From: Trichoplax sp. H2
Taxonomy: Eukaryota
DNA: 64,000 nucleotides
Direction: 5' to 3'
Assembly (NCBI GenBank): GCA_003344405.1
Contig: NOWV01000191.1
Span: 62,001-126,000, forward strand
Shown here piece after piece: positions 38,715 through 57,800 of this stretch. Below the pieces are notes generated by a model. The model had not been told where the DNA came from and searched no databases. It worked only from the letters and a program-made list of their open reading frames with translations. Made by a program: the position numbers and the translations under genes. Each line of letters opens with the position of its first letter. Position 1 is the stretch's first letter.

Positions 38715-39111
38715 ATGACCACGTGAGGCGTGGCCAAGTCTATGATTGGCTTACAATAGGAGTTGGCATTCAAATCAAGCTAGCGTCAGACGTTGTCGTT
38801 CCCACGGTCCATTACAACAAATTAATATACAAATGGACATCGGCAGCAAAATCCATCAACATTGTATCCATTTTATATAGTCAATATTTTCTATTCTTTT
38901 CATTTAGTTCAACTTTATCCATGGTGTATAACAGTAGAGTGATTGCAATAGTACGCATCATTTGCTTTTTCGAGCATTCCATTTGATTGAGCTATATAGA
39001 TAAAATACATATTATATATTCCAACATTACACCTGATGAAGAATTAGTTCGACCCTCGCTATCATTGACTCATCTTGGATATTGATTACATCACTATTCT
39101 TCATCGATAAG
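38715..39111 (+). promoter_or_regulatory. Putative Su(H)/CSL promoter and non-coding first exon
   Basis: GC-richer patch with E-box CACGTG (38720-38725), GGCGTGG, reverse CCAAT (ATTGG near 38745) and TTCCCACG (38799-38806). Strong donor AAG|GTAAGG at 39111/39112, upstream of the ATG exon. Confidence 0.55.
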
Positions 39112-41644
39112 GTAAGGAAAAGTAGAGCTAATATTCCCTTATTTGAACAATTTTATCATGGAGAGAGAAGAGTACGGAAATGGAGGATAGCATAGATTGA
39201 TGATAAGCTAGGATAAATAGATTGTAGGCCATCATTAAGTCCATAGTGCATACTTGGGGCCGTTGCTATTTCCTAGACGATACGATAGTACCGTCTAGCG
39301 CTCATTCGATTAACGTATGATTGACTTGAACGAGGGTAACGACCATAGTCTAAGAGATAATTAAATTAAGGTCATTGAAAATTATTTTTTAACCGCTACT
39401 ATTTAATATCCATGTTATTTAGCATCATTTTATATTCATACTATAAAATTATCATTTTCTCACTTCAATCAATTGAAAGAGTAGACAATTCGATGGATTT
39501 AGTCCATGTCGATATCGCCAAATAGAACGATGGAAGTCAAGTTTTTCCTCATATACTCTTCTCCTATCCACTACTTGAGTAGACATCGACTGTAACTTTT
39601 TAATGTCATATAGAATTTAAAATAGAAGTAATCATTTACTGCTATTATCTCGTCATAAAACTGATTTGATAATGTCTTAATTAACATTAAAGTAAAAACG
39701 GACTAATAAGATAAACTGCTTCCCAAAAAAATTGAACTGGTTATTTGAGTTTTTCCTTCTTCTCTTACTCTAATTGACTTTGATTGAAATTATCCCTTTG
39801 GGCAATAATTATATTATAACTTCTACAATGTTATATAACATCATAATAGCTATGTCAAGATGGCAAAAGTCGATAGCGTTGAAAGCCAATAAGACAATTT
39901 ACAAAATATTGATCAACTTCTGCGATACAACCCTATCATAACTTGAATAGCATGTTATCAATGCTTGCTATGTTGTATATTGTTCACCGCCTTGATCATA
40001 GACATCTTTTTTTTCTATCTGTTCTATTAATTTAAATAGGATTAAAACAGTTTATTTCCTCATTGGTTTAGATATAAAAATAAAAATAGCTATAATAAAG
40101 AATAGAGATAAAATGTCAATTTCGATCTTATATTTAGACTTACTGTTAGTAAAAACAACATCAATTTGATTACTGACTAATTAATAAACTCAATGTGTTG
40201 GCAAGGATTATCATGTTCATACAAATTGTAATATTGAATTGGCCTACTCAATCAATCGTTTTCTTTCCAATCGACGTGGAGTGATATCTCTTACTCTATC
40301 TTCGATGATAATTGAAAATAAGATCATAGACATTCAAGACATTCAAATTTACATCATATCCGCTAAACTTGATATCAATTCATAGTTACCGGTAATCTAT
40401 CATCTCACTGGGATGATTTCAATGCGATCGATGTTATAAATTGTTCTACTTTAATTTCAATTTTCTATATTGTGGTTAGAAAAATAAACACATTAGAAAA
40501 AAATAATTTTGATATGCTAATTTTATTTTGACAACCATGTTCTATACCCTCCAGACAAATATGGACCAACGTCTATTTCATTCGTACAGAGCAATTACAA
40601 TCCAATCGAATTGCTTTTAAAGTTGCATCAAGTCAATATGATAATTCTATCATGACTAGTTATAAAATAATCCATATTCAATTTGACATTTACTCTTATC
40701 CTGACAGGCGGTGCTTGTCGTCATAGCTTACGTATATTTTTTTATTAATCAATTTTTAAATACGTTAATATTTATTTGCCAAAGGATTAAAAAATCATTT
40801 TTTAATCTATTAGTTAAGAAACACGCTTATCCTTATTTCTTTCGACGTATTTATTAACTCTATTGTTGGCAAATTTGAATTTAGCTTACATCAATAAAAA
40901 TCGATGCTTACATTGATAGTTTACAACGTATTCATGGATAGCTATGTAGATTGAAAGTGAGACGATGACTGTCGCTGGAATACAAAGTGAGAGAATTTTT
41001 TTACAATAGTAAGCGTATTTACATCATTCTAGATATAATAAATGCTATTGGTACTATCCGATGATGGACGAAAGTATTTATATTAATTTCATCTTGTTCC
41101 TTTTTATCTGCTATATTATACTAATCAATCTGACGGACAACTGTTGTATATCAATAAAATGAAACCTATTAAACAGTCGAGCAATTGACAATATCGACGA
41201 CTGAGGAGAGATTAATCAACTAAATTCAACGATTGCATCGGCGGCAGTGTTGCTTAGTTACTGTTCTTTCCATTCGAATAGTTTTAAAGGTTTCGTTATC
41301 GTTAATTTTTGTTCTTTTTTGTCACATCTTGATGCCATATCCTGTCCACTACAGACTAGACGAGAAGTCGAGACCACTTCCACAATAAATTGGACAATAA
41401 CAAATAAAGAGCTTTTTCTATTTAATGTAGAATATTAAATATTGAAATGTAATAGGCCTATCGATTGCTTTAAATAGTTCCAACCGATTATAATATTATC
41501 CATTTAGACAAGTTCTAAGTTCAGTCATTGCATTTTTCTAATTATCTTATCTCGACCTGAATTTAAGATTGATTCAAACTGGATTCGTCTCAAGTTGCTA
41601 CTTCTTACTACGTTAACTCGTCGGCCTTACCTTTTACGGGCGTC

Positions 41645-48166
<6,522 letters not shown>

Positions 48167-51100
48167 TTGCGTGCTAAAGCATGAACCTATTAAATCTATA
48201 CTACAGTACTACGGTGAGTTACTAATATTAAGTTGCTATTTATTCATTTTTTGCAATAAATAAGTATATTGCTATCTCAGTGCATATTTCTAAACTTCCT
48301 CCAGCTAATCAATAATTTTTTATTTTTTCTTAGATCTCCGTTGATTGAAGATGAGCATTCATTACATTATATCCAATAGTCAGCGTATAATTAAACAGTA
48401 TATAATTTATCTCTCTCTCACTTTCTTTGCGCCCTTATTCGTACGTGATTGAATATTAAAATAATTCTGTTTTAAATTAATAAGAAATCAGTCACATACA
48501 AATTATAATACTGGCGTTCTATCTAAATGCATGAAATTCATTTTTCTTCCTTATTAAGCTATCAATTTAATAGACCAGACTAATCATATCCGTTGTTAAT
48601 GTAAATAATAGCCTATGAATTCGAATCACAAGCTACCAATTACGTTAAAAATGCTGAGTTTAATGAATTCAGGTAGAAATAATATCACTGTGTGATTGCT
48701 ACAATTTGAAATATTCCTGGTATTTCTTGGGTAGCGATAACAACTCAAAGCATGATTGATTGATAATTTAACAAATGATTTAATTCTTCCAATAAGATTT
48801 ATCCGCTCAAAAGGTCGCCTGTGTGCTTTTAATAAATAATTAGTTTATGGAAGTATCTGTAACTAAAATTTTGAAACCAATTTACGATGTAATACAACAA
48901 ATGTAAAAAATTTTATTAATTGATCTGTTCATTAAAGGCTATTTAATGTTATAAGATTAATATTCATTATGATTCATCTACTTGCAATGTATCTTATGTA
49001 TTATATATATATCATACAAATTTCGAAATGAATTTCGATCATATTGATATATTAAACAGCGTATGTAATAATAATAGCCAGATTGATAAAGTCATTTCAT
49101 ATACTTTCCACTAATAATGGCGTAAAGAAGTTAAACTTTACACTACCTAATCATTTTTAATACTTCAATTGCCTAAAGTTATTGAATACTACTCTGACTA
49201 TATTATTTAAATTGAATCTATATTATATCACCATTTGTTGTATGGCTAATTAGCTAGTAAAAGTCGATAAAAATTATATTTCATTCTGAAAGACTTATAT
49301 TAGTCTTTTTAATGCGTCGATTTTCTGTAGATAAAAGATTGTCTGGATAAAAATTAAAAGCTTGCATTCATTTCATTTCGTGATCTTAAAATTTCCTGCT
49401 TTCATTATATTTGAATATCCACCTACCTTACACCTATATCCATATCTATAGATGTATACCTGTATAATATCCGGTATTGTATATATACTTACAGTGTTAA
49501 AGACATAAAAATTTAAGCAAACAGATACCACAATATGATACGGTAGAAAGACAAACAATAGTGACCTCATAAAAATTTGGCAGAATTTTTTGGCAATCTT
49601 GATTGATTAGAATAATTTTCGTTTAGATCTGTTAAGGCATTAATAAAACTATAGAAGATAAATGCATACTTTCATTTTTGTAACCAAGATTCATTATGAT
49701 AATTTTACGATTGATCATCTCGCCAAATATTCTATTCTGAAATCTCGTTATCAGATCATATTTTAAGGACTCAAAATGATTGTCTCAGCTTGTGGCCTAG
49801 CATGATATACTATTCATCACAGAATTCTAACTATAAAATTACTATTAAATAAAGTAAATATGATAATGCAAGAATTTCAGACATATGATTGCTTTATATA
49901 AAATGCCGTAATTAACGAAGTTAACTTTAGCAAGTAAACTGTGACTGCCTTACAATATCGTCTAATTGTCTGTAGAAGACTTGATAAATATTACTACGTG
50001 TAATTTTCATTCATACTTTCTCTGCTATGCTTAAGCGAGTAAACTAAGAACTGACTTCTTCACGATTATTGTATGGCTTGGCTTATTAAACCTATAGGTT
50101 CTATAATATGATAAAGCAAATTTTAGCTGTTTAATATTAAATCTATAACTTGGTATATTTCAGTCATTTTTTTAAAACACATTTATATTAATTTATTGCT
50201 TGCTTATAATTTCAGAATTTGACTTATGAAAAATCATGAGTACAGTCATTATAGATTAGGGATAGATCTTAATATATTCTGCCATATATCATGACGTTAA
50301 TCCGGTTCTTAGAACTAGGTAAGGTATTGTTTTTTGGCAATAGTATCAATGACATTTGCGGCATAATAAAGATCGATACGTACACTTATAAACATTATAA
50401 ATGTAAAATAATTGGCGTCGCTTTTAAAATTACTACCTTTAACTAACCTAAATTTCTTACAAAGCTAATAAAATATAAGGTGTTAAATCATTTAATATTT
50501 TGATTGCGTTAAGAATGTCTCTAAGATTCATCTGCAATTCTGCATGTTCACACATGTACGGTGCATTGGTCAGCATTAGGGGCGGATACGCAAATTACAT
50601 TCATAACATTTTTTCATTTTTTGAAATAGTAAATACTATAAAAGTCAATTAATTAATTTACTATTCAGAATTCGTACTTTTATTTTATTGTTCTCTTCTG
50701 TCATTTCAATATTTCGCGTTAATCAATATGACATAATTAAATTCGTTAACGTGCTTGATAGTCTACTTTACCGTCATGTGAGAGACTATCTGTGAACTAC
50801 GCATGGATCTAATGAAATGATATGTAGATCTATACTTTTTGCATATATTAGTTTCAACTGGTTTACTAACTAGTAATCTGTTAAAATTTTAATTTACAAT
50901 GATGCAGTCTATTCCAAATTAAAAATGCTTAATTTGAACTGTCTATTTGTGATTGTAGGTTCATAATAATATTTACAGTATGAGATTAGCCATTGTCAAA
51001 ATCATACCCGTGTATACAGTGAGTATGTGATCTACTGCATACAAATTGTTCGATCGCATTAATCATATCCTGTCATATGGTTTGCTATTACGGTATAGTG

Positions 51101-53729
51101 CAGGATAGATGGGACTTTGATCGAAAATTAATTAAATTTCTTTACGATGCTGTTTACAGTCCAAACCCTAAATTTCAATTTCCGTCTTGCTATTGAGGTA
51201 TCAATGCTTTAGTCTAGAATTAATCTGAGACGCAATCGACAATCAGTTGATACTTATCCTACTATCCGAAAAACGTGGTCTATAATTGGTTCAGATTTCT
51301 ATCAACAAATAAGAGCATAGCTTTAGACGAAATTAGATAGAAATATGATATTTATCCAGTAATTAAGAATTGGATTCAATTCTGCTGATGTTCACGTAAT
51401 GTTTACGTCATGTACATTTGCAGGGTGCAAGTCGTTATCATAGACCGGATGTCGCCGGTATATTAGTTCATATCCTGTTCTTGGCTTTATTGGCATATTA
51501 TGCATTGAACTGATCACTATTTCCTGAGGTTGATGACGTCAATGCAAAATCTTAATCTTCATCATCTTGACCATTAATTGATTATGAATACATAACTACT
51601 ATTCAATACTTAAATAGCACAATGACAGTTAGCAATTGATGTTGCGTAATGTATCTGTAGATTTTGAGTTAATTACTATTGCATGCGGTTGTCATATTTG
51701 TTATGCTGCAATATGCTAGGTTGTAAAACATAGAAAAAGCTACTTTGCACACCAGTACTGTAGATATAAAGTACAACACTAAATTTTTTATATATCTACA
51801 TATTCTAAATTGAGAAATTTAATGCTAGTCTAGGGTATGATTGTAGGCGTATTTAGATGACTACGTATCTGCATCGCAGCCCTTATCATATTTAAAGGGT
51901 TAATCTGTTGCTCGTCCATACTTTTAATCCCTATTTTAGTTATATGATGTATTTATTGATAGCTATATATAGATATACTTACAGTTTCACTTTATTAGGT
52001 CAGGTGAAATCCCTATGTATGTATAGAATTTAGACAAAGACAATTGACTGAGTAATGGTTTCTGCTATTTCAAGTATACCTACGAATACGCTACAAATTT
52101 ATAACTGCGTTAACAGTAATTTCGTGATTTTAATTCGAAGTGTATATTTAAATATTTTAAAGACTATGCATTTTATTTCGATCTCTATTGCCTGCTGCAT
52201 GCCGGCAACGTTAATTATTATGGGTATATCCTCGCAGCTTTGAGAGCATATTACCAATGGTAGCGGATCCTTTACCGTTAATACGATAGTAGGAAAGTAG
52301 GCAACGTTGATACCACGAATCGATAATCATGAGTACGATGGCGGCGCTAGATCTTAGTGAATCAACGGTGTCAAGGATATTACATTTATGATTTAGGACA
52401 GTCGAGTGCTGCTAATGTATAATTTTGAAGACAATAGCTAGACCCTTAAGTGAGAATGCAAGAATGCAAGACTCCTCGATATCTAGCTGTATGTAGTTTA
52501 CGTGGTCTAAGTTTTACTACTGTAATATTTAACAATAATTTGTAAGTATTAAATTATATTTAACCGCAAGATCCGTCAGACAAATTATTGAGTGAGTAGT
52601 TCAGAGTAGGGCTAGAAATAGAGCTTTATTACAGCAATATCTCTTCAGTAATAGATTTATTAAATTGTATTTACGCTATTGACGGACATACATATGCTAT
52701 AGAAGTTTACCAATTGCGTTATAGAAGTGATAATGGATATCGAAATGTAAAGGTCAATTTTTTAGCTCATGTTGCAAATAATGAGCACCTCAGATTTCCT
52801 TCATCTGTGCTGCTAGTAAGGTTATTCGTTTTTTACTGTTAGTTTACTTATATAATCATGTCCTTCATATTTATGAAAAATATTGACGCCGTGGAGGCAA
52901 CTAGGAAATGGAATAAAAATAATGTTAAAATCTTCTATTGGTTTATTGCTGTATTCCGTTGTATTTATTAACAGAAAAAAGATAGAAATGATACTTTAAC
53001 TTAGAAGGAAAATGCAATAGATGAGAAAGATATTTCTGACATAATTTATTCTTCTCTCTAGTTTTAATCCTACCGAGAGGTATATTTCTGATATATAATG
53101 GGAAAGCTCTAGTGCATGACAAAATGGTTCCTGCTATATTCTCTTTAAAACAGTTTTCACCAAAATCAAATCTTGCTTGCAGTGATACCCCAAGATTTGA
53201 TTGCATTAATTGCCACATTCGATATAGCTGAGTTTCTAATATAAGACGCTATTGCGTTGCTGGTATTAGAAAATATTGATTATAAATAATAAAACAGTCG
53301 ACGATAATTATCTAAGTATGATACGGTAAAAGTATGCATAGTCTGTGTGATATGATAAATTATATACTTGTGACGATACTACCAACTTACTGTGTTGGAC
53401 ATTGACAAAAAAGTAATAATAGTTGAAAAGATACATTCGTGCGTAGGATTGATTTTAATTATTTATAGGTGGGAAATTGTTTTTATATTGATCATTCAGG
53501 TGTAATTATAAGCCACTTCATTACCATAAACAGGTTGAGCTAAAAATACTTCAAAAAATTCAGGTAGGAACTCGTGATTCATTCAGGTTCAACAATTAAT
53601 TATTGTACTTCTACTTCTCTAAAATATCGTTGTAAAAATATTTTTAAATTCTATTTTGGACTATTATTATGTGAAAATTCAATTTCTTTCTAATTAGATG
53701 GAGAGTTAGATACATTTATTACATTGCCA

Positions 53730-54157
53730 TGCTGTAGCTGCTAATGACGAAAATATGATATCGTCCTATTCGATACTATAGTAAGGGATTGAATTCAAGA
53801 TTGAGATATTTTTTGATAAAAGAGCAACCGCATATCAAAGTCAGCGGTATGAAAAAGATGCAAAGCTTCCCAATTAGGTTCAGTAGTACTATGATAAGCT
53901 TGTATTCATAAAATTAGCCCTTCAATAGCGATACTTTATTACATTGGTATTCTGCTGCTGCTCGACGTCGCAAATATGCTAGTTGTCCTATTTCCATACT
54001 ACTGTATAGCAAGGGATTGCATTCAAGATGGTGTCACTTTTTGGTCAAAGAGCAATTGTATATCAAAATGTGCTATATGAAATAGATACAACATTTTCCA
54101 ATCCTGTTTAGTAGTACTATAATCAACTTGTATTCATAACATTAGCTATTAAATAGT
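53730..54157. repeat. Degenerate tandem duplication, about 229-bp unit x2
   Basis: AAGGGATTG.ATTCAAGAT, AAAGAGCAA, ATATCAAA, AGTAGTACTAT and CTTGTATTCATAA.ATTAGC each occur twice about 229 bp apart. Confidence 0.8.
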
Positions 54158-54228
54158 CCAATTTCTGTAGACGAATTAGTGAGAATTAATTTCGCCACTT
54201 AGTGACTCTATGATATAGTACTAAGGAG

Positions 54229-54335
54229 CAGTTTACCGACAGACAGACTACTTGCAGCGAGGCAGAGATTGGAGATTTGAGATCAGTTTACCGACAGACA
54301 GACTTCTTACAGCGAGGCAGAGATTGGAGATTTGA
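54229..54335. repeat. Near-perfect 55-bp tandem duplication upstream of the LRR gene
   Basis: CAGTTTACCGACAGACAGACT.CTT.CAGCGAGGCAGAGATTGGAGATTTGA at 54229 and 54284, with two mismatches. Confidence 0.9.
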
Positions 54336-54810
54336 TTACAGTACAATGCATCATCATCGGACGCTGGCCAAGTTGTAACATTCCGTGAAGTATTATGCTC
54401 TATACCATCGATTGTATCTATAGTGTTTCTACTTGATGTTCTCGACTGGCATGTTCTGCTACGATCACAACAGTACAGTACATTACACTAGGCGGTTTTT
54501 TTCTGACCTCTACAGTATATGCACTGTACTCACAGCACCGTCTTGTAGCATGATACTGTATTACCCTGGAGACCGGCTGGCCAGATTACTCACTCACACG
54601 TTTCATGATCTCTTCATAAACACTCATCGCTGAAGAAAAATCAATGCTCATCATCTTCCAAGATTAACTACTACATCAATTTACTTTAAAATTGAGTTAT
54701 ATTATAGTAGAAGAAACAGGCTAGTCGTATTAGCTAGCGCTATTGTAAGGTAATCGGCTAGATATAGAGTAGAGCGAGTGGCGTTACTGTGCGATCAAAC
54801 GGCAATCATC

Positions 54811-57800
54811 ATGTCCTCCTGTCGAAATTGGCCTTTATTAGCCATTTTAATTTGCACTATAGTATCAACAGTCCAATGCCAAACTTATTCAAGTTCTGCT
54901 TTCTGGAACGGAAAATATGGAGGTCAGCCCGGTTGGGTAACCTACGCTACTAGTCCTGAATGGAATGGAATGTACGAGTGGACCGGTGATAGCAACATGC
55001 GAGGTTATGATCGACGAGAAAGTGCTTATGGTACATCATGTCCTTGTGCTAATAATTGCAATGACGAATTCTTGGATTGTACTAGCGTTACCGGAACAAC
55101 TTTGTATGTTAATATTGGATTATGAATGTTTTTATTATTCCGATCAATCTGTTTTAGATTAGACTTTCTTTTCAATGGATAATATCTGCTAATGATTAAA
55201 AATTGATAAATCAATGGTGAAATAGCAATATCTTACATATCAGTATTATGCGTGTGCTTTCAGCATTAAATTTTTTTCTTTTCATTTGTAATGGACACGC
55301 AAGTAGTTCACGTTACCATTAGTGTATAGTGTGCGATATAAATATCTTAAGTTGAAAGTGTCTTTGATTTACCTCTATAATCTACAATTATATACGTAAG
55401 GAAGCTGTAGATAAGGATTATACATCCTTTATTACATCATTGACGTGTCAATGCGGCCAATATAATTATTCGCTATGCAATTTAAGCGCAGATTGTTTAT
55501 ACGTAAGACGTTGATATCGTTTATAATTCAGCGTACTTATCCCTATGGAAAGTCTAAATCTCGTTTGCAATTCGATTTTTCGTGTTTTTACTTTAAATCT
55601 TGATTATTTAAACTTTTAAATTTGGGACTTAGACTATTGATAGGAATATACAGTATACTATTATTTACTGTAAATTAATTTGCCTAAAATTTTCGCATTT
55701 TTCACTTTATCATCTTTCACCAACAGGGCAATTAGGAGACAAACTGGTAAAGCTTTACGTGCGATTCCCAAATTTGCCTTTCCAAGTAATCCAGCAATTA
55801 CATCCTTGTAAGTCGTTTAAAATGAAAACATTTTGAATACTAGTTGAATACTTAATCGAGTCTAAAAATTCTATGCAGGCTATTATAATATCGTTTAGAA
55901 AGTAGACCTGCCTGTGTTCATTATAGCAAAAGCAATACACAAATTATCACTTTTACCTGGAACAATTTAAATGATATGAAGGACTAATAATAACTCTGAC
56001 TCGTTTTAAACTACGCTTAGTATTTATCACCATTTACTAACTCAGTATCATGTCTACTTTATGGTGAATATAATAGTATAAAACTTGCTCGATTCATAGA
56101 GTGCATTTCACCTATTTGTCGCAGATTTATTTAGATAATATTATAGTGTGTGACTAATTTCCGAGATAGTAAAAAAAAGTAAATTATATATTGTGCACCT
56201 TTCTCTCGCAACAGGTAGTAGGAACCTTTGACCTAATTTTGACAATCGTTCATAAATACTACTAATAACCACTGTATCATCATTTAAGTACAAATTGACA
56301 GTATCGACAGCTACAATGATAATAATTGAAGTTCGACAAACAATTATGCTTATGTCTTTGATTGTACTTGAACTTTATAATCAAAAACGGTAATTAACGG
56401 TTTGTCGTTACTTCAGTTGAAAATTCAGTAATACATTAATTTATCTTGCAATCATAATTTCATGAATCGTGATCAATTTAATATTACCAATATTTATCTT
56501 TCCAACTAAGTGCCATATGCACTCTATGATCGCCAAGATAGCATAGTAGGTGTAATTTGCTTGTTAGACTTCATAATCAACGATACGCCTTTTCCTATCT
56601 TTTACGCGAACGCTGGTGCTTTAAGGTTTATTACTTTTATGTACGATAATTAGTCTGATAGCCTTGAAAAGTTACACTAAGATATGGAACATTATATTAC
56701 TTATTTGAATTTTTTTGTTACCTAACTTCACTATTTAATTTTGTTGCTGTTGCAATAGAAGCGTTTAGTTAATCATTACAAAATCTTGCAATGTATCATT
56801 TAGCGCATTAAAATGGCACCTTTCATTCAATTATATGTATCCATGTCGTATAAACTAATAAGAAGTACGCAGATCATCGCTCAGGTTTCTTAGGTTTATA
56901 GCGGTCTGCTATAACTATAGCAGAAAAGTGCAATACATCAAGAACTAGCGATTGTAATCCATCTTTGAAATATGTTGATTTGAACTCAATCGATAGCTAG
57001 CAAGTGTTTAAGGATTCTATGTTGCATGCAGCTAATTAATAGATGTTGTAACCGACGTTATGCGGTATACTTCGTTTCTTAGAATTAAATGCTTCACGTT
57101 GATTTGGAGTCTGCCTATATCTACGGAGCGTTAATATGCTCCAACGGGCACTATCACTAAATGAATTTTGCGCGATTGCAATGCTACAGACTTTGACTGA
57201 GTACAGCCGCTATATCGATATACATACACAAAGTAATGTATGCCTACTATTGATACAGTTACTGTTTGTAATATGAAATTAAGTCCTATATCTTCTTCTA
57301 CCAACTTCGCTACTATAACTGTAAAGATTCTCCTTCGAATTACCTTGACTAAATAATAGTTTCGATTTCAATCGTAGTAGATCGTTAGATGATCAGAAAT
57401 ATAGATCATTTCATTAATGAGCTGTTCTAGCTCTTTTCCGTATCTGTAGTACATGAAATTATTCCTACTGGGTTGCATCAGCGTAGCTAATTTTGCCATC
57501 ATTTCAACATGTTTTTCATGTTCAAATGCAACAATTTTTCAACGTCGTTATGACGTCAATCGGCGTTGTGGAAACGGCAATTCATATGCAAATTATTTGG
57601 TGTATGCCTTCCAGGCTCTTTTCATCCACTTGTTTATGTAGCGGTGCCTAAGTAAAGATGTACTACACAGTACCTTTGTGGTACACAAGCTATGGTCAAT
57701 CAGGGACTTTAATCTATTTATGCATCTGTACAGTATTATAGAGTTTAGAGTAATCAATAGAACATTGGATAGGACAAGATAAAATTTTTTTTCAAGCGAT

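Noticed and set aside
56568..56626. Extra cassette exon in the 2.9-kb LRR intron
   Set aside because: AG/GT bounded, but not phase-2 symmetric and lacks the LRR pattern.
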